Positions 1 through 9,678 of a stretch of DNA of 64,000 bases are shown piece after piece; position 1 is the stretch's first letter; every line of letters begins with the position of its first letter. Origin of the DNA: a candidate division WOR-3 bacterium (GTDB lineage Bacteria > Hydrothermota > Tepidihabitantia > Tepidihabitantales > Tepidihabitantaceae); NCBI GenBank assembly GCA_039801365.1, contig JBDRUN010000002.1, positions 4,411 to 68,410 of the forward strand. Direction: 5' to 3'. Under the pieces are notes generated by a model. That model was not told where the DNA came from. It did not search any database and was given only the letters and a program-made list of their open reading frames with translations. Made by a program: the position numbers and the translations under genes.

Positions 1-1331
1 GCGTCATCGGCGTTAGCCGCAAGCTCACGGAAGTTGGCCTCGCTCTCGCGCAAAGCGCGGGCGGCACGAATCCGCTCGGTTGCATCCCGCGCCAGTGCTA
101 GGACCAAGGTACGGCCTTCCAGTTCAACGAGTGAACAGGACACGTCCACCGGAACCTCAGTGCCGTCGCGGCGAACATTGACCGCCTCACCGTGGTACTC
201 CCCCCGCTGCAAGAGTGCATCCCGTACCAGCTCCAGTCCGGCCCGCGCTGGTGCTGGAATAATGTCTTCCACTCTCAGTCGCAAAAGTTCCTCTCGCGTG
301 TACCCCAGCATGCGGCAGGCGCTCTCGTTCACGTCAAGGATGCTGCCGTCCAGAGTTTCAAGATACATCGCATCCCGGAGAGCGGCAAATAAACGCCGGT
401 ACTTCTCCTCAGACTCCCGCATCAGACGCTCGGTCCGAACCCGCTCCGTGACGTCGCGGGCAATGGCAAAGAAAAACCGATTGCCATCGTTCATAACCGC
501 GGTCGCGCTGTACTCAACAATGGCTGCGCCACCCGAGGCGGTCAAAATGTCCAGCGTGCCGGAAAGCTGGGGTCGTGACAAGAGCTGGCGGAACTCAGCC
601 TCGGCCGCGCGACGGCCGGGCGGTGGTACAAGGTCGGCTACTGACTTTCCTATTAGCGCCTCCTGCGGAAAGCCGGTGATTTCTGACGCGGCCCGGTTCG
701 CTTCAATGATACGGCCCCGACGATTGACCAGAACCACGGCGTCCGAAGTAGCCTGCAACAGCAGGCCGTACTTTTCCTCGGACGCTCGGGCCGCCTGCTC
801 GGCCCGCCAGTTCTGAGTAACGTCCCGGGCAATGCATACGACTCCGGCAACCCGGCCGGTCTTATCCCGGCCGGCTGTGGCATACAGGTATATCGCAACT
901 TGCTTTCGGTTCCGATGCACGCACTGAAACCCGCCGGCAAAATCGCGGCCGGCCATTATCCGGCCGAGGTCGAAGTGCAGCCGGTCCGCTCCGACTCCGG
1001 ATGCGGGGAATATTACCTCAAACGGCCTGCCAGCAGCTTCGTGCTCGGCATAGCCGAATACCCGTTCTGCCTCGTCGTTCCAGAATATGATGCGACCATG
1101 CCGGTCAAGGTGGATAACGACGTCGCCAGCTTGGACCGCGACCGAGGAGTGAAGTGGACCTGGCCGATGGATGCCGGTGGACAACTGAGAGCCATGTGCC
1201 CGGAGTTCCGCGCTCACCCCTCCAGTCGTTGGCTGCCCAGAGTTCGGCCGGGGTTTCCGGGGTTGTTCCACATTCCGAGCGTGGAACACCCGGCGCTTTT
1301 CCTTCACGGGTTGACTCCTAGCGTGCGCATT
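1..1331 (-). CDS. Multi-PAS domain sensor protein (partial; continues beyond the window start)
   Basis: Minus-strand frame (codon first bases at positions congruent to 2 mod 3) translates to PAS-like sequence, e.g. 'DVVIHLDRHGRIIFWNDEAERVFGYAEHEAAGRPFEVIF...' and 'RESEEKYRRLFAALRDAMYLETLDGSILDVNESACRMLGYTREELL'. ATG at 1331-1329 is preceded by in-frame stops. The ORF track omits it because it runs off the edge. The long plus-strand ORF 34..816 is its Arg/Ser-rich antisense frame. Confidence 0.6.
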
Positions 1332-1685
1332 CTAAACCACCTCGTTACTGTGTCAAGCGGCGGCAGGAAAAACAAACCGCAGTCTTGTGCAGAGCCGCAC
1401 TGTGGCTACCCGAAAGAATTTTAGTGTCGAAGCTCCGACTCAATAAAGGCCACAGTGCCGCGTGTCGGCAATCATGCGCAAACTTCATCCTGGGCTTCGT
1501 CGCCCCACAATAATGCCAATTGTCGTTAACCCATCATACGCAAGAATTGTTCCAATTAAACCGACGGCGGACTGTGCGCTAAGTTCCAGCAACGGTTGAT
1601 GTTACATTGGGACATCTATCGCGATGCCGTTCCACCCCGTCAACATGCCGGAAAATACGGCGTTGAATATGGAGTTTATGAAGGC

Positions 1686-2411
1686 TCAGCGCTGCTCTAC
1701 GACAATCGCTTCAACGTCGCGGAGGTGCGACACCATGTAGTCGGGTCGGTACATGGCAAGAAGCGCAACCGGTCTAAATCCATGGGTTACCGCGCAACTG
1801 GTGATTCCGGCAGCCCGCGCCGCAATGATGTCCTGCTCGGTGTCGCCGACAACCAGCGCGTCTGCGCTCCTTCCGCCAAGGCGTTCGAGCGCCGAAAGGA
1901 ACGGCTCAGGATCGGGCTTATGTTTCCTGCCCTCTGCCCAGCCGTGGATGTAGTCAAAGTAGCAGTCAATGCCTGCTGCACTGGCCGATTCTTCAGCCTG
2001 AGTCTGGTGTTTCGTGGTCACGATCGCAAGCTTCGCACCAATTGTCTTGAGACAAGCAAGCAGTTCCCTTGCTCCGGGGTAGGGCCGTTGAACTTTGAGT
2101 CCGTGAGCCGCGTAGTGCTGGCGGAATGCATTGGCAAACGCCTTTGCCTGATTCGGTTCGGCCGGGTACCCGAGTTCAGCGAGAATCAGCTCCAGGGGCT
2201 TGCCGACCTGTATCAGGATTGTGTCCCGGTCTGGTGGCTCGCGTTGGTCAACCGTTGCGAGCGCGTACCGGACCGACGCCACAAGACTATCGGCCGAGTC
2301 AACCAGCGTGCCGTCGAGGTCAAAGAGAACAAATGGGTAGCGGAGCGAAACCGTCAGGGACTCCAGAGTTCTAAGTTCTTGACTCCGGGCGTTGCCCCGG
2401 ATTCCGGGCAT
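1686..2411 (-). CDS. HAD-superfamily hydrolase (phosphoglycolate phosphatase-like)
   Basis: Motif I '[12 protein letters not shown]' and a '[16 protein letters not shown]' motif. ATG at 2411 lies inside a repeat copy and overlaps the atpB 3' end. The start could instead be further downstream. Confidence 0.7.
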   Translation of the reverse strand: MPGIRGNARSQELRTLESLTVSLRYPFVLFDLDGTLVDSADSLVASVRYALATVDQREPPDRDTILIQVGKPLELILAELGYPAEPNQAKAFANAFRQHYAAHGLKVQRPYPGARELLACLKTIGAKLAIVTTKHQTQAEESASAAGIDCYFDYIHGWAEGRKHKPDPEPFLSALERLGGRSADALVVGDTEQDIIAARAAGITSCAVTHGFRPVALLAMYRPDYMVSHLRDVEAIVVEQR

Positions 2412-3861
2412 CGGACGCCCAGCCCGTCGAATCCTCGGCCTCTTGAGTTCTTTGCCGGTAGTACTTGTCCAGATTCGAGTCCCGAACCCGCTTGAGTTCG
2501 GTTCGCGGGAACATGGCAAGCAGTTCCCAGCCGAGCTCAAGGGTCTGCACGATGGTTCGGTTCTCGAATTCGCCCTGTGACACATACCGTTTCTCGAACT
2601 CGCGGGCGAAGCTGAGATAGACCCTATCCATCTCGGTCAAGGCTGCTTCGCCAAGAATGACCTCGAGTTCTTCGGCCTCCTTGCCCCGAGCATAGCAGGC
2701 GTAGAGCTGGTTGAACAGATCAGCGTGGTCTTCGCGGGTTTTGCCGGCGCCGATGCCCTTGTCTTTGAGCCGGGAGAGTGATGGCAACACGTCAATTGGT
2801 GGCGACACGCCCCGGCGATGCATCGGCCGCGAGAGGATAATCTGCCCTTCGGTAATGTAACCCGTGAGGTCCGGTATCGGATGGGTCTTGTCGTCTTCAG
2901 GCATTGTCAGAACCGGCATCATGGTGATTGAGCCTGGCTGGCCTTTGATGCGACCACAGCGCTCGTAAACCGAGGCGAGGTCGGTGTAAAGGTAACCCGG
3001 GAAGCCACGGCGCCCCGGGATTTCTTTGCGTGCGGCCGAGATTTCGCGTAGCGCTTCGCAGTAGTTGGTCATGTCGGTGAGCACGACGAGTACGTGCATG
3101 CCGAGCGTGAAGGCAAGATACTCAGCTGCGGTCAGGGCGGTGCGAGGTGCGGCAATCCGTTCAATCGCCGGTTCGTCCGCGAGGTTGAGAAAGAGCACCG
3201 TACGTTCAATCGCACCGGACTCGGTAAAGCTTTGAATGAAGAACTGCGCTTCTTCGAGTGTGATTCCCATCGCCGCGAAGACGACTGCAAATGTCGTACG
3301 GCTGGGAGTATCGGAGTCTGAGATTCCGAGTACGGTCGCTTGCCGGACAATCTGGGCCGCGAGCCGGTTGTGGGGGAGACCGGACCCAGAGAATATCGGC
3401 AGCTTTTGTCCGCGCACCAGAGTGTTCAAGCCGTCAATTGCTGAGATTCCGGTCTGGATGAATTCGTTAGGGTATTCGCGGGCGCATGGGTTGATGGGCG
3501 CACCGTTGATGTCGCGTTGTTCCTCCGGGATGATTTCCGGGCCGGAGTCGCGAGGTCGGCCCAGTCCGTCGAATACCCGGCCCATGATGTCCGGTGATAG
3601 TCCAACGGTGATGCCGCGTCCCAGAAATCGGACCCGGGTCCGCGGTACGCTGATGCCTGAGCTTCCTTCGAATACCTGCACGAGCGCACGGTCATGGTCC
3701 ACTTCGAGCACTTGCCCTCGACGCGTCAGTCCGGCAGACTCACGACCGTCCGGGTCGGCAGTACGAATTTCGACCAGCTCCTGATATTTGACCCCTTCAA
3801 CGCCTTCTACCAGCAGGAGTGGACCGGCAACCGATACGACCGTCTGATACTCTTTAATCAT
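2371..3861 (-). CDS. atpB: V-type ATP synthase subunit B
   Basis: Strong family resemblance over the full length ('[20 protein letters not shown]...[14 protein letters not shown]'). The C-terminal tail '[20 protein letters not shown]' is encoded by a repeat-element copy. Confidence 0.9.
   Translation of the reverse strand: MIKEYQTVVSVAGPLLLVEGVEGVKYQELVEIRTADPDGRESAGLTRRGQVLEVDHDRALVQVFEGSSGISVPRTRVRFLGRGITVGLSPDIMGRVFDGLGRPRDSGPEIIPEEQRDINGAPINPCAREYPNEFIQTGISAIDGLNTLVRGQKLPIFSGSGLPHNRLAAQIVRQATVLGISDSDTPSRTTFAVVFAAMGITLEEAQFFIQSFTESGAIERTVLFLNLADEPAIERIAAPRTALTAAEYLAFTLGMHVLVVLTDMTNYCEALREISAARKEIPGRRGFPGYLYTDLASVYERCGRIKGQPGSITMMPVLTMPEDDKTHPIPDLTGYITEGQIILSRPMHRRGVSPPIDVLPSLSRLKDKGIGAGKTREDHADLFNQLYACYARGKEAEELEVILGEAALTEMDRVYLSFAREFEKRYVSQGEFENRTIVQTLELGWELLAMFPRTELKRVRDSNLDKYYRQRTQEAEDSTGWASDARNPGQRPESRT
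2381..2420. repeat. Palindromic repeat family, partial copy 1 (atpB 3' end / HAD start)
   Basis: 'ctccgggcgttgccccggattccgggcatcggacgcc' matches the copy 3 core with 2-3 mismatches. It encodes the atpB tail '...[15 protein letters not shown]' and the ATG of the HAD gene ('MPGIRGNAR'). Confidence 0.7.
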
Positions 3862-5837
3862 TTTTCTGTATTTCCCGCGGTCGGCTCCCTGGCCGCTGCC
3901 TCCTGTGCGCCGGTTTCGGGGCTGACCTGGCCAGTAAGTTCGCGGACTAGTTGCTCGCGAACCGCAGCGATTGCGGTCTCGGCCTCATGTTCGGAGAGGA
4001 ATTTCATCCGTGCAATCCTGTCGCGCACCGGCAGGCGTTCAATTGTGGCAATGTCAACGCCCCGGGCCAGGACCGTCTGGGCAAGGCGGTAGAATTCCAG
4101 AATCACTGTCAGCATTCGGGCCTGCTTTGGCAGCGAAGTGTAGGTGTCCGTCTCGTGGAATGCGTTCTGATGCAGGAAGTCTTCACGCAGCGACCGGGCC
4201 GTTTCCATTACCAGCCGGTCGGCAGCGGAGAGTGCGTCTTTGCCCACCAGCCGGACAATTTCTTCAAGTTCGGCTTCCTTGGACAATAGCGCCATCGCCT
4301 GTTGTGCATCAGCAGTGAACTCTTCGGAGGCCATCTTGGCAAACGCCGGCGCAAGTGATTCGGCGTACAGTGAGTAAGAATTGAGCCATGAAATGGCGGG
4401 GAAATGCCGTCGGAATGCCAATTTATCTTCAAGCGACCAGAATACTTTGACCACGCGGAGCGTTGCCTGTACCACCGGGTCATTCAGGTCACCGCCTGGC
4501 GGCGAGACTGAGCCTACCACCGAAAGTGCCCCTTCGCGGCCCGCTCCACCGGACGTCGGACGCCCGGAGTCCGGAGCAACCCCGGAAGGCCCGACCTGAA
4601 CCGAAACAGACCCGGAATCGGGTTTCAAGGGCGGAGCCCCTGATTCCCCGCACAAGGCGCCGGGCTTGGCCGACTTGTCGAGCCCGTCTGATCCAAGACA
4701 CACAACCCGGCCCGCACGTTCGTAGAACTCGGCAATTCGCGAAGCAAGATAGGCTGGATAGCCTTCTTCCCCGGGCATTTCTTCGAGCCGACCGGAAATC
4801 TCCCGCATTGCCTCGGCCCAGCGCGATGTCGAGTCGGCCTGAAGCGCAACCGAATAGCCCATATCCCGGAAATACTCTCCGATTGTGATGCCGGTGTAGA
4901 CCGAAGCTTCGCGTGCTGCGACCGGCATATTTGACGTGTTCGCAACTAGCACGGTGCGTTTCATGAGCGGCTCGCCTGACTTCGGGTCTTTCAGTTCGGG
5001 GAACTCCATGAGTACGTCGGTCATCTCGTTTCCCCGCTCACCACAGCCAACGAAAACGATAATTTCAGCGTCCGACCACTTCGCAAACTGATGCTGGATT
5101 ACCGTCTTACCGGAGCCGAACGGTCCGGGTACGCAAGCGGTCCCACCCTTTGCCAGCGGAAAGAAGGTGTCAATGACCCGCTGCCCGGTTACCAGTGGCG
5201 CATCCGGCTGTAACCGCGCCTTCACCGGTCGTGGTCGCCGCACTGGCCAGCGCTGAACCATCGTCAACCGGATCTCTTCTCCGCCTTTTCCGCGCAGGAT
5301 ACAGATTGTCTCCTCGACCGTAAACTCGCCGGTCCTGATGTCAATAATCTCACCCGAGACTTCGGGCGGCACCATAATTCGGTGTTCGACGAGGACTGTT
5401 TCTTGGACCGTGCCGAGGATGTCGCCCGGGCCAACCTTATCCCCCTTGTGGCGCAGTGCCTGGAAGCCCCACTTCCGCTTCCGATCCAAGGCCGGGGCTT
5501 CGACGCCACGGGAAAGAAAGTCGCCGGACTTCAAGCGCAGTACGTCCAGGGGCCGCTGGATGCCGTCGTAGATTGACGATATGAGACCCGGGCCGAGTTC
5601 GACCGACAGGGGTTCGAAAGTCGGATAAACCGGGTCCCCGGGGCCGATACCGCCGGTTTCCTCATATACCTGCACAGATGCTCGGTCGCCAGTAAGGTCA
5701 ATGACTTCACCCAGAAGACGCACTGTCCCGACTCGCACGACGTCATACATCTTTGAACCGGACATGCCAGCAGCCACAACGAGCGGGCCGGAAACCTTGA
5801 CCACTCTGCCAACTGAAGCCGACTGCTCTTCCCTCAT
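3858..5837 (-). CDS. atpA: V-type ATP synthase catalytic subunit A, with an in-frame insertion of about 50 aa
   Basis: Walker A 'GPFGSGKT' and the conserved '[26 protein letters not shown]'. A G/S/P-rich segment '[51 protein letters not shown]' falls between the conserved 'CLGSDG' and '[14 protein letters not shown]' blocks. It coincides with repeat copy 4551-4673. Confidence 0.9.
   Translation of the reverse strand: MREEQSASVGRVVKVSGPLVVAAGMSGSKMYDVVRVGTVRLLGEVIDLTGDRASVQVYEETGGIGPGDPVYPTFEPLSVELGPGLISSIYDGIQRPLDVLRLKSGDFLSRGVEAPALDRKRKWGFQALRHKGDKVGPGDILGTVQETVLVEHRIMVPPEVSGEIIDIRTGEFTVEETICILRGKGGEEIRLTMVQRWPVRRPRPVKARLQPDAPLVTGQRVIDTFFPLAKGGTACVPGPFGSGKTVIQHQFAKWSDAEIIVFVGCGERGNEMTDVLMEFPELKDPKSGEPLMKRTVLVANTSNMPVAAREASVYTGITIGEYFRDMGYSVALQADSTSRWAEAMREISGRLEEMPGEEGYPAYLASRIAEFYERAGRVVCLGSDGLDKSAKPGALCGESGAPPLKPDSGSVSVQVGPSGVAPDSGRPTSGGAGREGALSVVGSVSPPGGDLNDPVVQATLRVVKVFWSLEDKLAFRRHFPAISWLNSYSLYAESLAPAFAKMASEEFTADAQQAMALLSKEAELEEIVRLVGKDALSAADRLVMETARSLREDFLHQNAFHETDTYTSLPKQARMLTVILEFYRLAQTVLARGVDIATIERLPVRDRIARMKFLSEHEAETAIAAVREQLVRELTGQVSPETGAQEAAAREPTAGNTEK
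4551..4673. repeat. Palindromic repeat family, copy 2 (in-frame within atpA)
   Basis: 'gacgtcggacgcccggagtccggagcaaccccggaaggcccgac...ccctgattccccgcacaaggcgccgggc' shares a core of about 75 bp with copies 3 and 4. Terminal inverted repeats GTCGGACGCCCGG / GCGCCGGGC. Multiple CCGGGG-loop-CCCCGG hairpins. Confidence 0.8.
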
Positions 5838-6256
5838 TTCGTCCTCGAAGCGTCGGGCGTCTGTCCAAACACATCTGCGCCCACTGCCATTCGAACTACG
5901 TTTTTGAGCCGTTCCACCGTCGGGTCGTCAATCCCTGAGGGAAGCGCGACGATACATGGCACCGCAGCCTTTCGGTATTTTTCCAGAACCTGACCGATCG
6001 AGTTGAACAGGTCGGCGGTGAAGAATATCACCCGGAAACCCCGGGCCACAAGGCGCTCAACCACAGCCGCCGCTCCCGGCCCGGGTTCGGCAGGGAATAC
6101 GGCAAGCCCGGCAGCCCGGAATGCTGCCACTGCGTTTTCCTCGCCGACAACAGCCACCGGCCCGATATCAGTATCAGCCGACCGGCTGCTGCCCAACTCA
6201 TCCTCTCCAGAAAGATCAGCAGGGAAGTGGCTAGCCTCAAAGTGGCTGGTCTTCAT
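5834..6256 (-). CDS. atpF: V-type ATP synthase subunit F
   Basis: 'VAVVGEENAVAAFRAAGLAVF' fits the subunit-F N-terminus. The true start may be an internal GTG at about 6157 (MAVVGEEN...). The 140-aa ATG form carries an N-terminal extension. Confidence 0.7.
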   Translation of the reverse strand: MKTSHFEASHFPADLSGEDELGSSRSADTDIGPVAVVGEENAVAAFRAAGLAVFPAEPGPGAAAVVERLVARGFRVIFFTADLFNSIGQVLEKYRKAAVPCIVALPSGIDDPTVERLKNVVRMAVGADVFGQTPDASRTK

Positions 6257-6267
6257 GTTTTTCCTAT

Positions 6268-7275
6268 TCAGTCAACATAGGCGATGAGCTCCCGGCATTC
6301 CTGTTCCGTAGCGCCGGCAGCTTTGGCAGCGAACAATTGTCTGAGGTTCGTGATCTCATTTTCGCGGAAGAGGTAGTAGCTGACCAGCGGCTCGTACCCG
6401 AAGGTGGCGTACCGGGCAAGCTTCAGCCAGTTGAGCAGTAGTTCCCGGCCTAGGCTTTCGGTGCGCCGAAAGGCCCGGTTGGTAGCTGAGCTGTGCCCTT
6501 GTTCGACCAGTTCGCGGTAGCGGGAGAAGCGGAACCGTGCCACCATGGTATCCAGATCCGCGCCAAGTAGTTCAGTCAGCATCGTGAGCGTCAATTCGCC
6601 GCCTGGCAGGAACACCTGTCTCAGGACGGCCCGGCCCCGACCAGTTAGCCGGATGCGCACCAGTGTACGCAGGTTCTCAACGTCGGCGTGAATTGCAAAC
6701 AACCTGCTAAGGAACAGACTCGGACGGACCAGTTCCAGCACAAGTTCTTGTTCCAGCCGGTCAAACACTGCATCTACGCTCCACGGTTCCGGTCCTTTCA
6801 GGGCTTCTACTACCGCATGCCGCACGCGGCTTGGCTCCGCACCTGGCTCGGCCGCGGCAAGCGCACGAACCTGGCTGGCGTGCCATGTGCCGTAGGGGAA
6901 CATCTGTGCTTCGACGGATTCGGTCCCGAGGAGCCGGTGTTTGACGGCGAGTTTGAGATTGTGAATATCGGCTCGCAGTCGGAATGCGTCCAGGACCCAA
7001 TGGTCGGTGCAGTAACGGGCAAGAAAGTCGAAGTTGTCGGCCGCGGCCTGGATAAGTATCCGGTTGAACGAAACCGAATACTTGGGCAGATGTGGCTCAG
7101 CGTCCTCGGCGATGTAGCGGCCATAACAGGTGTCGGTCAGGACAGACCGAAGCTCAGCGGCATTGGCCGCCCGTACAAGCCGTTCGTAACGGCTGCGGTC
7201 CAACAGCGTTGTTTCCTGTACTCTGATTCGGCCGACCGCAAAGCCGTAGGCGACGTTCTCGCTCATTACAATCAT
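6268..7275 (-). CDS. atpC: V-type ATP synthase subunit C (d-like)
   Basis: 335 aa, with the size and sequence character of V-ATPase C subunits. It sits directly upstream of F-A-B. Confidence 0.8.
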   Translation of the reverse strand: MIVMSENVAYGFAVGRIRVQETTLLDRSRYERLVRAANAAELRSVLTDTCYGRYIAEDAEPHLPKYSVSFNRILIQAAADNFDFLARYCTDHWVLDAFRLRADIHNLKLAVKHRLLGTESVEAQMFPYGTWHASQVRALAAAEPGAEPSRVRHAVVEALKGPEPWSVDAVFDRLEQELVLELVRPSLFLSRLFAIHADVENLRTLVRIRLTGRGRAVLRQVFLPGGELTLTMLTELLGADLDTMVARFRFSRYRELVEQGHSSATNRAFRRTESLGRELLLNWLKLARYATFGYEPLVSYYLFRENEITNLRQLFAAKAAGATEQECRELIAYVD

Positions 7276-7285
7276 GTGGTATTAC

Positions 7286-7322
7286 CGGTGAACTACCGTT
7301 TGTCCGCATTCGTAGTTCACCG
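7286..7322. promoter_or_regulatory. Perfect 11-bp inverted repeat (CGGTGAACTAC-N15-GTAGTTCACCG) about 10 nt upstream of the atpC start codon
   Basis: Read directly from the sequence. No U-tract follows on either strand, so it is not an intrinsic terminator. Candidate operator or 5'-UTR structure. Confidence 0.4.
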
Positions 7323-7457
7323 CGGGGCTAACTATACGTGGCCGAAGTGGCTGTGTCAATTTCACCGAATCTGGTGGATTGCGACAGCAGCAGATTGCGT
7401 TCGAAGACCCACGAGGAGGGTTTCGAAGTTTGCCCTGGACAGCTGTTTCCCTGTTGT

Positions 7458-7997
7458 TCAGTCAAATACGTCAACCATGGCCGATGAGTCAACTGGCTTT
7501 GACCGCGGTGCTTCCTTGTCTTGAATGTTCTCGACAGAGTTCGGTCTTGCGCCGCCGAGCAGCTCGCCCAAGGCCAAGAGTCGAACCGAGCCATTCGAAC
7601 GCTCAATAATACGAACCGCTGGGGGAAGGGCACTGAGTGCTGCAACCAGAACTACCCAGGCCACAACTGCCGCATTTGCCAGGCCAAGACAACCGCCAAG
7701 AAAGCGGTCAAGTTCATTGACATCAACCCAGCCAACCAATCGGGCAAGCAACCGGTGGACCAGCTTCAGCCCGAGCCAGATACACGCAAGAATCAGGAAG
7801 AAGCCACCGAGCCGACACAGCGTGTGGTCGGCCAGCAGGCAGTGGAGAACCCGTGCCGGGCCATCGCACAGGCGCAGCGCCAGCCAGACACCAAGTACAG
7901 GTGAAATACATGAGTTCAATCCTTTGATAAACCCCTGACCATAGCCGTGGAGTGCTGATACTATGAACAGCAGTAGTAGTGCCAGGTCTATGGCCAT
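7458..7997 (-). CDS. cvpA: CvpA-family membrane protein
   Basis: 'LLLLFIVSALHGYGQGFIKGLNS...' N-terminus followed by several hydrophobic helices, typical of colicin V production protein. Confidence 0.65.
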   Translation of the reverse strand: MAIDLALLLLFIVSALHGYGQGFIKGLNSCISPVLGVWLALRLCDGPARVLHCLLADHTLCRLGGFFLILACIWLGLKLVHRLLARLVGWVDVNELDRFLGGCLGLANAAVVAWVVLVAALSALPPAVRIIERSNGSVRLLALGELLGGARPNSVENIQDKEAPRSKPVDSSAMVDVFD

Positions 7998-8377
7998 ATG
8001 AACCCTTGGTCAGCCTGTCTGCATCTACCGTGCCTGAGACTTCGGCACACGTAGGTCTTGAAGTTGCGCAAAGTTGTCCCGTTTCTGCTGTGAACCAAGC
8101 CGTGGGCGCCCGGCTGCCCTCGGCCGCAGGCAGCAGACGATGCTGAACATAACACTTTAGGATATCGTGCGATGTACCGGATGACCGATTGGCGCCCGGA
8201 GTTTTCCGCTCTATACTACAATGCTGGATTCCTATTGACAGCGTAGTGCGCGATACGCATTGCGTGATGGCATAATGCCATCCTTGACAGCCGAGCGCAG
8301 GGACGGATACTTCACACGCCGAGCAAGGACCAGACTGCCCGACTACCGGCCCGGCGAGAATGAAAGGAGTCACGACA

Positions 8378-8617
8378 ATGGCAAATGAAGTAAGTCCCGC
8401 ACCGGCAGCTGAGCTGTCGCCGAAGAAAAAACTAACCGCCCTGCTCTTGTGCATATTTCTGGGTTCGTTGGGAATACACCGTTTTTACGTCGGTAAGACC
8501 GGCACCGGCATCGTCTGGTTGCTCACCCTCGGATGTTGCGGCATCGGCGCGATAATAGATATCATTCGAATCGCAACCGGGTCATTTACCGACAAGCAGG
8601 GTCGCAAGCTGTCCTGA
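8378..8617 (+). CDS. TM2 domain-containing membrane protein
   Basis: '[38 protein letters not shown]' is the TM2 signature. AAGGAG RBS lies 8 nt before the ATG at 8378. The track ORF begins at 8360. Confidence 0.8.
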   Translation: MANEVSPAPAAELSPKKKLTALLLCIFLGSLGIHRFYVGKTGTGIVWLLTLGCCGIGAIIDIIRIATGSFTDKQGRKLS

Positions 8618-8694
8618 CGCCAGCTCAGCCGCTCAGGTCGCGGCCGTCATGCCGTTTCGGGAAAGCTCGCTCTCTGCGAGACTAGGTCTGACGG

Positions 8695-9678
8695 TCAGTG
8701 GAGCACTGTCAGCCTGGTAACGCGTGTCCAGTTCTGGCCTGTGACCCGGACAAAGTATGTCCCAGTTAAGACGTCTCGCAGGTCCAGGACAGCCAAGTTG
8801 CCGGGTAACATGCGGAGTTCCCGGACTAATCGGCCGGTGTGGTCAAACAGCGTCACAGCAACCGGCCCGGACAAATTGGGTGGCAGTTGAAGGCGCACCT
8901 TTGTCCGGCACGGGTTCGGCCACAAAGTAACTGGCTGGCTTACACCTAGCGGCTCGGTCTTGATTCCGGTTAATGGCAGCATTCTGAATACTGCGCCACC
9001 TTCGGTCCCGGCCAGTAGCATCGGACTTGGATTACCGCGCGCCACCAGGCTCAATACCCTGTTGCAGGTCAGCCCCGCATTCAGCTCGGTCCAGGTTGCG
9101 CCGGCGTCAGTTGAGACCCAGACCCCGCTGCCGTACGTACCGGCATATATGACCCGTGCGTCAGATGGATCAATGGCCAGTGCCCGCGTGTCACGGGTAA
9201 AGCTGGTCGCAGTCCAACTGTCGCCCGAGTTTGTGCTCTTGAATACGCCCCGGTAAGTGCCACAGTAGAGTACGCCCGGATTATCCTTGTCGGCCTTGAT
9301 TGTCCACACTCGACCGGTCAGCCCTGTTCGGCTCGATGTCCAAGTTCGACCCAGGTCGGTCGAGACTAGCAGTGCCGGGTAGCTGTAGTTATAGGCGCTG
9401 TCGCCGCCGATATAGACCCGGTTCGCATCAGTCGGGTCAAATTCAATGGCAAACGCATTGCTGCCCAAGGCTAGCGTATCGTGTTCCCAGTTCGCGCCCC
9501 GGTTCGAAGTGTGCGAGACAGCAATGTTCCAGACACTGTTCGGGTACAGGTTGCCGACGCAGAATATCACGTCCGAGCTGTGCGGAGAAACTGCAATGTT
9601 ACCACCATCGTTCATCCAGCTTTCAACTGTTGTCCAAGCGGCGCCGCCGTTGGTGCTCGTAAAGAGCTCGGCGGTCCC
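8695..9678 (-). CDS. BNR/Asp-box repeat protein, C-terminal part with T9SS C-terminal domain (in-frame continuation of 9679..10902 after a TGA)
   Basis: Asp-box repeats (S-T-D/N-x-G-x-x-W-T) and a T9SS sorting domain at the end ('WPNPCRTKVRLQL...GTYFVRVTG'). The reading frame is contiguous with the upstream ORF across TGA 9679-9681. The annotated ATG form would be 8695..9615. Confidence 0.65.
   Translation of the reverse strand, partial: GTAELFTSTNGGAAWTTVESWMNDGGNIAVSPHSSDVIFCVGNLYPNSVWNIAVSHTSNRGANWEHDTLALGSNAFAIEFDPTDANRVYIGGDSAYNYSYPALLVSTDLGRTWTSSRTGLTGRVWTIKADKDNPGVLYCGTYRGVFKSTNSGDSWTATSFTRDTRALAIDPSDARVIYAGTYGSGVWVSTDAGATWTELNAGLTCNRVLSLVARGNPSPMLLAGTEGGAVFRMLPLTGIKTEPLGVSQPVTLWPNPCRTKVRLQLPPNLSGPVAVTLFDHTGRLVRELRMLPGNLAVLDLRDVLTGTYFVRVTGQNWTRVTRLTVLH

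Noticed and set aside
34-816. 260-aa plus-strand ORF rich in Arg/Ser/Ala
   Set aside because: Low-complexity antisense frame of the minus-strand PAS sensor gene, which translates convincingly. High-GC DNA routinely yields long spurious antisense ORFs.
1596-2495. 299-aa plus-strand ORF opposite the HAD gene
   Set aside because: Antisense to a clearly recognisable HAD hydrolase. Composition typical of a spurious GC-rich frame.
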